DNA from: Neocallimastix sp. 'constans'
Taxonomy: Eukaryota
DNA: 64,000 bases
Direction of reading: 5' to 3'
NCBI GenBank assembly: GCA_050613775.1
Contig: JBODTK010000124.1
Coordinates: 124,001-188,000 of the forward strand
Positions 13,579 to 25,570 of this stretch are shown one piece after another. The stretch's first letter is position 1. Each line of letters starts with the position of its first letter. Under the pieces are notes generated by a model. It had not been told where the DNA came from, made no database searches, and was given only the letters and a program-made list of their open reading frames with translations. The position numbers and the translations under genes are program-made.

Positions 13579-14941
13579 AAAATAAAAATAAATAATATGT
13601 AATATATATTTATTCGTTTTTATTTCTATTTATTTTAATTCTTTACGATTTTTTTTATTTCATAAAAAAAAATAATAATAAAATTAATATTAATAATATA
13701 AATAAATTAATAAATAAATAGTTCTTTAGGTGATGTTGCAGATAAATTAGGTGATTTATTTCCAAGATATTATTCTAATGATTGTACTTATGATAAAAAT
13801 CACAATATTATTGAAGAATGTAAATGTAGTTATTACTCTAATACACCAGAAAGACATCCAGCCAGATGGGTTTTAACAAGACAAATAGGAGTTGCATTCT
13901 GGTTTATTGGAGAAATAGTAGCGGATTGGTATCCATTACTTCGAACAAAAGCTGTCGTTAAAAATAAATCAATAAGAGTTGTTTATGCTACTTGTGCGAT
14001 TTTTAATTTATCCAAAATAGCTATTATCATATATCATTTTACTCTTTGGCCAACGAAATTATATAACAAGGACGGAGTATATGATCACGATAAAGTAGAT
14101 ATGTTTTACTTTGTTTATTGGGTAATTCATTTAATGATTATTTATTCCTCTATGATCTATGATTTTACGGTATATCGAGTTTTGAAAAAAAATGTTTTTA
14201 AAACGGCCCAATCCAATGAAGGATTTTTAAAAAAATTTAAAACGATATCAGAATATAGAATTTTAATTTCTGCAATTGTTAGTGCAGTGTTCTTGCCAAT
14301 ATTTTCAATTGTTATTTTAGTAAAATTCTTTTTCTACATCTATAAACACTACCATAGATTAGATTTTACATTCGATGAAATTAGACAATCCATTGTAAAT
14401 ATTCAATATTATATGATATTTATTGATCAAATCTTCTTAATATTTTCAAAAGAAGAAAATTCCCCATTAGAAACATCCCTATTCTCAAAAATTGGTTTAA
14501 GTCCTAATATGAATGGAAGTGTAAATGGAAATAGTAAATTAAATGACAATGAAATGATCTATCAACATGATATGAAATTAACTAATCTTAGTAATAGTAG
14601 TAATAATATTTTTATTGGTCTTCCTAGTCCAATTAATAACGAAAATAATATTTTCGTTAATCATCGTGACCTTAGTAGCAGTGATTCTATCAATAATGAA
14701 AGTAATCGTAATTTCACTAGTTCTAATGATCAAAGTAGTCTTATAGATAATAACAATGATGATCCTTATAAGCATCAACAGAGTAATAATACATTAATTA
14801 ATTATGAATTAAATGCAAATTATCAAGCAAACAATAAAAATTTCTATAATACAAATAGAAATAGTAATAATAGTAATATTAGTAATAATAATAATAATAA
14901 TAGTAGTATTAGTAGTAACTCAAATATTGATATTATGGATG

Positions 14942-15004
<63 letters not shown>

Positions 15005-15138
15005 TAAATAATTATAATATTTATCATTTTAACAATAATAATCATCCACATGTTTTTGAAAAAAACAATAGCATGAGAAGTATAGCCAATTATGATAACT
15101 ACAACGGATATAGAAGTGAATGGAATTATTTAAAATAA
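13179..15138 (+). CDS. Orphan ~7-transmembrane (GPCR-like) protein, paralog B; two exons 13179-13495 and 13722-15138, ~577 aa
   Basis: Intron 13496 GTAATA...AAATAG 13721 (phase 2) gives ...AHFIIR-SLGDVADKLG, in frame with ORF 14101-15138. Shares FLFFYWTLLIFILH, RWVLTRQIG, ADWYPLLRTKAVVKNKSIR, GFLKKFKTISEYRILIS and YYMIFIDQIFL with paralog A. Longer poly-Asn tail. Confidence 0.85.
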
Positions 15139-15781
15139 TTTAATATTCACAATATATATTTATTATATTATTTATAAAATAAAATATAATAAAAAAAAAA
15201 AAAATTGAAATATTCCCAAACGCAATAAAAATTTATAAATTATTTGTATTATATATAGGTATAATTTTTTTTATTAATTTTTTTTTATCTCTATTTTTAA
15301 AAAAAAAAAAAAAAAAATTAATAATATTAATAAAATAAAATAATAAAAATAGTTAATATAAAAATAAATAATTACTACTTTAAAGTTAAAACCGTAAAAA
15401 AAAATAAGAATAAAAAAAAAATTTAAACAAATAAAAATAAAAAAAAAATAAATTGTATATAACAAAACTAATTTATGAAAAATAATGTTTAAAATTTATA
15501 TATTAATATTAAAAAAAAAAAAAAAAAAAAATTTTTTTAATACATTTAGAAATTTAATGTAGATTACAAAAATGTAATTATAATTATAATTGTAATTGTA
15601 TTTATATTTGTGGTTTTTATTTTATTATTAAAGTATATGCTAAAATATTATATATTACATTTTCATGAATTTTTACTCTTAATATATAAAGGTCTCCTTC
15701 TGCTGAAGTTAACTTGGAATTATTTCTGTTTTTAGTTGAATTTTTTTTTTTTTTTTTTTTTTTTTTTGTAAAATTTCTTTT

Positions 15782-15831
<50 letters not shown>

Positions 15832-15896
15832 AAACAATTTTTATTAAATAAATAAACTAAAAAAAAAAAATAATAATAATAATAATAAATAAACTA

Positions 15897-18800
15897 AGTA
15901 CAAGTTCAAGTACAAGTTCAAGTTCAAGTTCAAGTTCAAATTCAAGTTCAATTTCAAATTTATGTTTAAATTCTGTTCAAGTTCAGATTCAAATTCAAAT
16001 TCCAGTTTAATCAATTATAATAATTCCAATAATATTAATAACACTCATATTAATAATAATACAGTTAAAGAATTTTCTCTATGTGTCAGTTGGAATACTA
16101 ATGGATGGAACTTTGATAAAAAAGACAGTGTTGAATTCTTTATTTCAATGTACAAACCACTTTTCTTATGCATTCAAGAAACAGGAAATGGTTCAGGTTC
16201 TAGTAGTAAATATCCGTGTCGAGTTTCTTTAAAAAACTATAAACATTTCTTCAAAAAAGCTAATAACGAAATTCCCGGTAAAAGAGGACTTTATATAGGG
16301 TTTCATAATTCTTGTCAAGCCTCTCTTGAAAACAACACTTATGAGTATATTAATTCCTTGTATACTTATAATTTTTGGAATTTCACTAAGTGTTCTATTG
16401 GTAATGTGTACGTACCTCATAGTGGCCATAGCCTTCATGCTAGAGCTGCTAGAATTGAAATATTGTCGTGGTTAAATAGTCACTCTTCTCATCCTTCAAT
16501 GTTGGTTGGTGATTTTAATTTACCTACTGAGAAATTAGGTAATTTGCTCTCTAAATCTAGTAATTGGAAAATTCTTCCCTTATGGGGCTCCCCAATTTCA
16601 TGGAGTAGAGGTAATAGAGAATCTGATATAGATCATGCGATTGTCAATAATCATATGTTAGATTTACTTTCATATGGTACTTTTATTGACTTTCCCCCCA
16701 TTTCGGATCATAAACCTTTATTAATAAAAGGTAAATGTTTTTCATCATTTAATTCAGATAATTCTTTCTCTCTGCCTAAAAAGACAGTTAAATGGGATAG
16801 ATTAAAATGTATATATGAAAAAGAATCAATTTTTGACAACAACTATTTTAGTGTTTTAGAGGAAGTGATTCCAGATCCTAATATTAGTATTGATGATATT
16901 TCTAAGAAATTTATATCAACTTCATTCAATATTGCTAAGGAACTTAATATCAACGTCAATATCAGAAGTTAGAAAATCTTTTTTTCATATGTCACAGAAA
17001 ATATTTAATTTGCAAAAACTCAAAATGAAATTATATTAAACCATTAAAAGAAGAGGTTCTTATCATAATTTAGATGAATTTGAAGAATTAATTGAAAAAT
17101 ATAATAGAATGTGCAAAATTATTCATCATATGTGTAATATTTATAGGAAAGCTGAATACCAACATTGGATCAATACAGGATGTGAATATATGAAATCTCA
17201 TAACCCAAAGAAAGCTTGGAAATGGCTTAAAACAACAGCAAAAGTAGATAAATTTAAAAATATGTCAAATTCTCCAGTAAAGGACAAAAATGGTAAACTA
17301 GCTACTTCTACTAAAGAATAGTTAGAAGTATGGCACAATCACTATAAAAAACTTGCATCAAGCCATTCTGATATCAATAGTGCATTAATCGAATGGTCTA
17401 ATAAATTTTCCAATGGTACAATTAGGTATACAAGACACAATGAATGGGATATAAATCAAGACATCAGTATAGAAGAAATTAAAGAAGCAATTTTAGCTAT
17501 TCCAAATTATAAAGCTTCAGGCCCGGATGGAATTCCTATTGAATTTTATAAAGCTTTAATTCCTCCGGATGACGAAAATTCAGTAAATAATTCTTCTTCC
17601 GGTTTAAATTGTTTACAGAAGATTTACTCAAGAATTTGGAATGGAGAATTTCCTAGCTCTTGGAATGAAGTAAGTATTATATCTATTCCTAAAAAAGGAG
17701 ATGATCTATCTGATTGTGACAATTATCGAGGTATCTCTCTGATTAACAATGGTATTAAACTCATTTCGAAAATAGTCTCCAAAAAAATTTCGGAATATGG
17801 ACTTAAAAATAATTTTATTAGGCCAGAGCAATTTGGATTTCATACTAACGAAGAATGTGTTAGTTTATTTATTTCAATTCGAGAAATTTGTCAAAGGCGA
17901 AAAAATGATAATATAGAAACTTACCTTTCTTTTCTAGATTTAAAAAAGGCATATGATTCTGTTTCAATAGGTAATATTTTATATAAATTAGATGCTTTAG
18001 GTATTAGAGGTAAATGTTATCAATTTATTAAAAATCTATATTTGACTTCCAAAGCCAGTGTTAAAATTGATGATCAATATTCGGAATCCTTTAATATTAT
18101 GAAAGGAGTTAGACAAGGTTGTCCACTATCATCAATTCTTTTCAATCTTTTTATTAATGACATTTTTAATGATTTTTCAGAACTTGGAATTTCTTTAGGC
18201 GAATCTAGATGTTGTGGTGGACTCTTTGCAGATGATATTGTTCTATGCGCACCATCAAGAACTAAGTTAAAAAAAATGCTTAAGAAGGTAAATGAATGGG
18301 CTAAATTTAATATGATGAATTTTGGAATAAACAAGTGTGCAACGATGGTGATTCGACCAGACGCACCTCTTTTTCAAAATAAAAGAGATCCTGCTTTTTA
18401 TCTTGCTGTCAACCAATCCCAATAAATAAATGTTATACCTATTTAGGCATACCATTTGATAAAAGCTTATGGTTGAACCCTATTATTAAATTACTTAACT
18501 CTAAAGTTACTAAAGCTCTCTTTTCTGTTAGTAAATTTCTTTCAAATTCCAAAATTCCTATTCCATTTAAGAAGATTATAATTAAATCTTATGTACTTAG
18601 TAAAGTCTCTTACTTTGCACCTTTACTTGGTTCAAATAAAGCTAGAACAAATAATACTCAGAAATTAATTAATAAAGGATTAAGATGAATTGCAGGTATA
18701 CAAAAAGCCAAATCATTTATTAATGTATATTCTATTTCAAAAGATTTAAATATTCCTCCATTGTCAGCTAAGTGTGCTTTGCCTCAAGTCAAATGTTTTG

Positions 18801-20000
18801 ATAGGTGGAAAGATTCAAATTGTATTATTTCCTATTTAGTTAATAATATTCCAAAATCTAGAAAATATACATGGACAAGAGAAAGTAGAACTCTTAAACG
18901 TAAACTAGAGAAAAGAGGTAGTAACGATAATAAAATCAAGGATTTTTATTGGAAAAGAAATATGAAAATCAATTCTATTAAAGCTGAGTTTTATGACAAA
19001 AACAAATTCAAAGAAACATCAAAATTTATAAAACTATGTTATGAATATCCTGATCTTTCATATGGTTTCTAATAGCTATTGAGAGCACGAAGCGGATATA
19101 GATTAGATGCTAGAATTGCTAAAGCTACAAAAATAATAGATCAAATGTGTCCTAATTTTTGTCCCTGTTGTAAAAGTAATAAACAATGGATAAGTCATTG
19201 GTTAATTGATTGTCCTTTTTTCAATCATATTCGTAGTAAAGTTAATGATAAAATTTTATTTTTATATATTGCTTTTTACCGTGGCAACCTAACAAATGAT
19301 ATAGTTAATAGTAATAATGATAATAGTAATAGTAATAATAGTAATAGTAATAATAGTAATAGTAATAATAATAATAGTAATAATAGTAATAGTAATAATA
19401 GTAATAATAATAATAGTAATAGTAATAATAGTAATAGTAATAATAGTAATAGTAATTATAGTAATAGTAATAATAGTAATAGTAATTATAGTAATAGTAA
19501 TAATAGTAATAGTAATAATAGTAATAGTAATAATAGTTATAGTAATATTAGTAATAGTATTTTTAGTAATGTTAGTAATAGTATTGAAAATAATGTGTAT
19601 ATTGATTCTAGTGTGTGTGAAAAAGTGTTTAATTTCCTTCTTGGAGGTCGAAGTATTAATAACAGTACAAGGGAATGGAAGGATCTATTTAAGTGCCAGA
19701 TGAAATCAGGTGCTTATTCTGATACTCCGTTCTTAGTGGTTACTGCGGCACTTCTCCAATCGATTATACCTATTGCTATTGGCCAGCAATGGTCTTTGTT
19801 CAATAGATTCAAATCGAATCGTACTACTACTACCAAGAGCGTCAATGCTGAAGAAACAGTAAGACAGGCCAGCAGGGCTAGCGCAACCAATGAAGATCAT
19901 AAATTTGTATCTTAAAATTATGATTAACATTGCGAAGTCAAAATTAATTATTATACTTCAGTATAATAATGCCCTTGTGAAGTCTTACAAATATTAATTA
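15897..20000 (+). mobile_element. Non-LTR retrotransposon (LINE): APE endonuclease, reverse transcriptase and C-terminal CCHC zinc finger, inactivated
   Basis: EN motifs WNTNG, IQET, VYVP, GDFN, SDIDH, ISDHKP. RT motifs GPDGIP, NYRGISL, EQFGF, FLDLKKAYDSV, GVRQGCPLS, LFADD, YLGI. Zinc finger CPCC...HWLIDC. Lesions: frameshift near 16970, stops at 17037, 17319, 18686 and 19070-19075, and a frameshift near 18410. Confidence 0.95.
19306..19560 (+). repeat. (AAT/AGT)n microsatellite, in frame in the LINE C-terminus (Asn/Ser tract)
   Basis: AATAGTAATAGTAAT-type repeats translate to NSNSNN runs in ORF 19079-19915. Confidence 0.9.
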
Positions 20001-20129
20001 AATGAAACTAGAATATATTATATCATTATTTTATTTTATTTTGTGTTTTATTTTTTGTTTTTTTTTTTATCTTTTTTTATTATTTTATTACATGTATTTT
20101 ATCAAATATTTAATTAATAAAGATGAAAC

Positions 20130-20792
20130 AAGTTTGCTGCCGTTAAAAAAAAAAAAATAAATAAACTATCACTAATATTTTAGTACCGACCTTCCTAATT
20201 AGTATAGGAATAAGTATCCCAATATTAGTTATTCGTGTTTATTAATTTTTTTTAGAACCTGTTGATTCATTTTTTGAGTGTCCTTTTATTAGAACAGCTC
20301 ATTTTATTTTCGTTACAGTTCTTTACACAATGAATCTATGGAAATTGAATCTTTTGATAATATTTCTCTTCGTTCAAGGGAGAGTTAAATGGTCTTCACA
20401 CTACCTAATTCTTTCTATTCATTCATCAATGATAACTTCATGTGGTATATTAATATTATCATTCGAATCTGTATCAAAATTTCTTTGAAGAAAAAGTAAA
20501 AAGTATAGATATCTCCCCATTACTTCCTTAATATAGTTCTATTGTATTGACATTAAAATCTCCCCCTTAAATTCTATATTTTATTCTTTAATTCTATTCT
20601 GCTATTATTTTTTTTTCTTTAATTATTTCATTTTATTGATGGTTCCTGTAGTTATTGTAGTTGTCAGGGATTCCATCCTCCATATTCTATTACCCTCGAA
20701 AGAGAAGAGTAGAAATAAGGAATAGAAGGATCTCCTACTCTCTCGATAGGATTTACTTTGTTTTTCTTTGTTTTACTTTATTTTTCTTCGAG

Positions 20793-20834
<42 letters not shown>

Positions 20835-21290
20835 TTTTTTTCATTCTCTGAGTAATTTAATCTATAAAAAATTCAATATCCACCGAAAGAATTTTTTTTT
20901 TAAGAATATTATCTATTTATATATATAGATATTTTTTAATTTTTAAATGAATTAATTCGTTTTTTATTAGATAAATACATTTAACCATAAATATTTGATT
21001 ACCTGTGTTTTTTTTTTTCTTATTAATATTATTATTTAGTTATTGTGATTTCATTTTTTTTTGAAACAAAAAATATAAAATCAACTCCAGAATCATCAGA
21101 AACTTCAGTTATATTCAACAAGGATTTGAACATTAAAGGTAGTAATCTCTATCATTTAAAATTTCCTAAATTTAATAATTCTTCAAAAATTATATGTTTA
21201 TTATGGAGAATAATAACTTTCATTAACTATATTCAAATTCAGATACAACATCACAGTTAAGTACTCACTATTAAAACTATACCTCTATAT
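20130..21290 (-). mobile_element. Possible highly decayed retroelement relic (endonuclease-like remnants)
   Basis: GC is raised relative to the flanks. Minus-strand fragments ITTFNVQ, DDSGVDFIF, KCIYL and GDPSIPYF occur in an order compatible with APE motifs. The segment CACATGAAGTTATCATTGATGAATG is also found on the + strand at ~7358-7382. Weak evidence. Confidence 0.3.
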
Positions 21291-21633
21291 GAATTAAGTG
21301 ATTATATTTATAATATAAATCAAACAAAAAATAATATTAATATTAGAAAATTTCATAAATAAAATGAAAAATATAATAATTAAAAATTATTTTGTAGAAT
21401 TAATGAATTAATTTATGTTTTAAAAAATAATTAATTAATGTGTTATATATATAAACATAGAACTAAACTTTATTATTTTTTGCCCTTAGGTTGAACAAAA
21501 AATCTTCATTTTTTCATTTAAAGTAGTTAGTGTAACCAATAAGCCGTTAAATCTTTTTATTTTTACTAATTTTTATTATATAATAATTTTTTTTTTTTTT
21601 TTTTAAAAATATTTATTTAAATTTATAATTTAT

Positions 21634-21670
<37 letters not shown>

Positions 21671-21684
21671 AACTTTATAAAATA

Positions 21685-21729
<45 letters not shown>

Positions 21730-21919
21730 TTATTTTCTCTATATAATACAATAAGTAATATTTAATTTTTATAAAAAAAAAAATAATAATTACAATTATA
21801 TAAATATATTTATCCATATAAAATATCTAAATTTTTATTGTAAAATTTATTGATATTAATGATTTTTAATTTTTAATTAAACACAGAGATTATTTGTACT
21901 TGTTACCAATTAAAAAAAA

Positions 21920-21957
<38 letters not shown>

Positions 21958-24900
21958 ATGTTTTTTTTTTTTTTTATACATTAAAAGATTAAATTAAGTT
22001 CAGGCCTGTTAATTATTATAAAAAATGCTTTATATAAAATTATATTAAAAAAAAATTGTTTTTAATAAAATAATACTCTCATTTTAATTCTAACTTATTA
22101 AAATATATGTATATTTTTAATAAAATTTTATTATAAAAAAAAATTTATAATAAAAGTTAAAGTACTACCATTAGTTATGATTAAAAATTTATTTAATACA
22201 AAGTTAATTAGAGTCATAATAATATTTAATTTACTTCGTTATGATATAAAAATGGGTTAAATTAAAGTTCCAAGTATTAGTGATGACTAATTTATATAAT
22301 TTTAATTACTATTTAATTATTATTATTTACTGAATTTTAATTACTATTTAATAATTATTATTATTTATGAAATTTAATATGGATTTAAAATAAATAATTT
22401 AAATTAAGATTAAAAAATATAATATATATATATATACAATAATTTTAATTATATATTAATATTTCATATTAAAATATTTTCAATGTTTATAATTTATTAT
22501 ATTATAATATATACATTATTTTATTAGTAAAATTGCGTATAATTTTCATTAAAAAAAGAAAAAAAATAGTATTAACAATTATTAATTACTTGAATTATTA
22601 TAATAATTATAGGCTTTTTTTTTTTTTTTATTTTTTTTTATTAATTTCAATATTTGTAAACCTAAAAAAAATTTTATTTAAAAAGGTTCAATTACTATTT
22701 TTACTATAAGATTTATTTTTAATTTATATAATTAAAAAAATTATATTGTGATGCGGCAAATATTTTTTTTTTTTTTCAAAAATAATTTTTTTTAAAAAAT
22801 ATATTGATAAATACAATGTTTTTCTTTTTATTTTTTCTTTTTTCTTTTTATAATTTTTATTATTATTATTTTTCTATTTTTTTTCCTTTTTTTATTTTTA
22901 TTTTATTTTTTTTTATTTTTCTATTTTTATTTTATTTTATTTTATTTTATTTCTATTTTGAGTCTATTGTTGATTTTAATTTATATAAAATTAAGATTGG
23001 AATTGTTATGCGGTAATTTTTTTTTTTTTAAAAAAAAAAAAAATTAATATTAATAAAATATATTAATAAAACAAATTATTTGTGGATTTTTATTTTCTAT
23101 TTTTTTATTTTTTATTTTTTTTACTTTTTTATTTTAAGTTTTTTATTTTTAATTTTCTTTCCTATTTGTTTTTATTTTTTTTTTTATTTCATTTTTATAA
23201 AGTAAACATTTAAAATTTTATTTTTAAATAGTTCAGATTGTCTCAATTTGCCTTTTTATATTTTAAATATGTATACATTTTATAAGCCAAATTGAGACAT
23301 TTAATCCAAATTATCTTTATAAAAACTGAACTAAACTAAAATAGAATAAAATATACAAAAAAAAAAAAAATTAAAATAATAAATATTAATAATAAATAAT
23401 AATGATGATAAATAATAATAATAATAATAAATAATAAATAATTATAATAATTAAAATAATAATAATAATTAAAATGAATAAGTTTTTTTCATGTTTACTA
23501 AATTAAAATCTGTGAAAAAAAAAATCAATTTTATTTCTTAAAGATGAAATAGAAAAAATATCAAAAGTTAGAAAATAGTTAGAAAATGTAGTACATATAT
23601 ATAGATACTTAAGGAACTAAATTATTATACTTTATTTATAAATAAATATAAAATACGTATAATGATAATTTTACTACATCAAATATGTATTTAATAAATT
23701 ATTAAAATATTTTAAGAAAAAAAAATATTTTTAAAGTTTTATATCATTAAAAAATAAATAATGACTGTATAATTCATTAAAAAATATTATTAATAAAATG
23801 TAGAAATAATTCAATAATAATAATACTAATTATTTATTTAATTCTTTAATAGTAAATTTTAACAAATATAAAAAAAATATATTTAATAATTAATATTTAA
23901 TGTAATACTATTTAAGCAATGAATTAAAGTCTCTCTTCATTCTTTTTTTTTTAAAAAAATTTTTTCCAATTCATTAATATTTATTTAATAAAACATTAAT
24001 AATTAAATAATAAAAGTATTAATAAAAAAAATAAATTTTTTATTTTTATTTTTATTGTATTTTTATGGATTTAATTAAACAAAAAATTAAAGTTATTACT
24101 GAACTATTTGTGTAATATTTTAAAAAAAAAAATAAAATAAAAAAAAAAAATATTTAAAAAAAAAAAAATATTTAAAAAAAAAAAAAATAAAATAAAATAA
24201 AAAAAGAAAATATTTAAAAAAAAAATAAAATAAAATAAAAAAAGAAAATATTTAAAAAAAAAATAAAATAAAATAAAAAAAGAAATAAAATAAATATAAA
24301 ATAAATATAAAATAAAATATAAAAGGAATAGAATAAAATAACAATAAATATAAAAATTATTTAATTAATATAAAATGAAATATTTAAACCTTTATTAATA
24401 TAAAATAGTTTTTATTATTCAAACATAAATTAATGTCATAAATCAAATTTAATACTAATGATTTTATAATATTCTTAATAAGTGACATGACTTGATTTCT
24501 AAATATTAATTATAATTAATAAAATAAGAAAAAAAATTTTATAATATAAATCAATGTTTTAATTATACTCTTATTATTTAATATTTATTTTATATAATTA
24601 TTACATATATCCTTAAATAATAATTATTAATGTTTATAATACTTTAACATAAAAACTCATTAAATAGTTTATTTTAATCGCAAGAACAACTAATTAAATA
24701 GTTAATTATAATCAAATAACATATAAATAAAGCATTTCTCTGAATTAAGAGAAATATGTGTGCAAAATTCGTTATATAGTTTTAAATGCATAATAAAGTA
24801 TAAATGTTTTTACTTGAAAAAATATGTAATCATAACAATAAAATTAAATAAATAATTTAATAAATTAATTCCAGTAATTCTTCCTCGAATCAAAATATAT

Positions 24901-25443
24901 TTTATATTCCTTTCATATATTTAAAAATATAGGCATATATTAATATATGATAAACTTTATGAAAAAAAATTTTTTTTTTCTTATTAATTAAAAATTTTTT
25001 GGCAATTGTACTACAAAAAACCTTAGTTTAGTATGTGTGTTACATAAAATAATTTTTATTTAATATAATCAAATATTAAATTTTTATTAAATTTTTATGC
25101 AAATTTTTAATCAAAAACATTATTTTTAATAGATTACAAATAATAAAATTTAAATTTATCATTCCACATTCAATAATTTATTAGTTTATAATAATTTATC
25201 AAAAACGGCTTATATTCATTTATTTCTATTTTAAGAATTTTTTTAATTCCCATTTTCTATAATAGAAAAAAAATTTTTAAATATTTAATATTAATACTAA
25301 TATATATATTACAAAATTATATATTACAATAATTATTGTTATTAAATTAATTAAATTTTAATTAAATAAAAAAAAATTAATAAAAATATATATTATATAA
25401 TACATTTAAAAATTGTATTTTTTTTATTTTTTGAAAAAAAATT

Positions 25444-25476
25444 TGAAAATTATATAAATATGTATATCTTTCCTAT
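25444..25476 (+). promoter_or_regulatory. Conserved TATA-containing core promoter motif of the peptidase genes (copy 1 instance)
   Basis: A GAAAA(C)TATATAAATATG...T(C/T)CTA-like motif recurs upstream of five copies, with TATATAAA at 25451, 30796-30803 (minus), 40916, 48927 and 61552. Confidence 0.6.
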
Positions 25477-25570
25477 TTTTTTTTTTTTTTTATCTAATAT
25501 ATTAATCATATTTTTATAATTAACATAAAATAATATATTTAATTTAATTATTTATAAAAAAGTATAAATA

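Noticed and set aside
16970..19075. Stops apparently derived from CAG/CAA/TGG in the transposons, suggesting RIP-like mutation
   Set aside because: Nonsense changes are inherently enriched for these transitions, and the six near-identical peptidase genes show no such damage. A consensus-based dinucleotide analysis would be needed.
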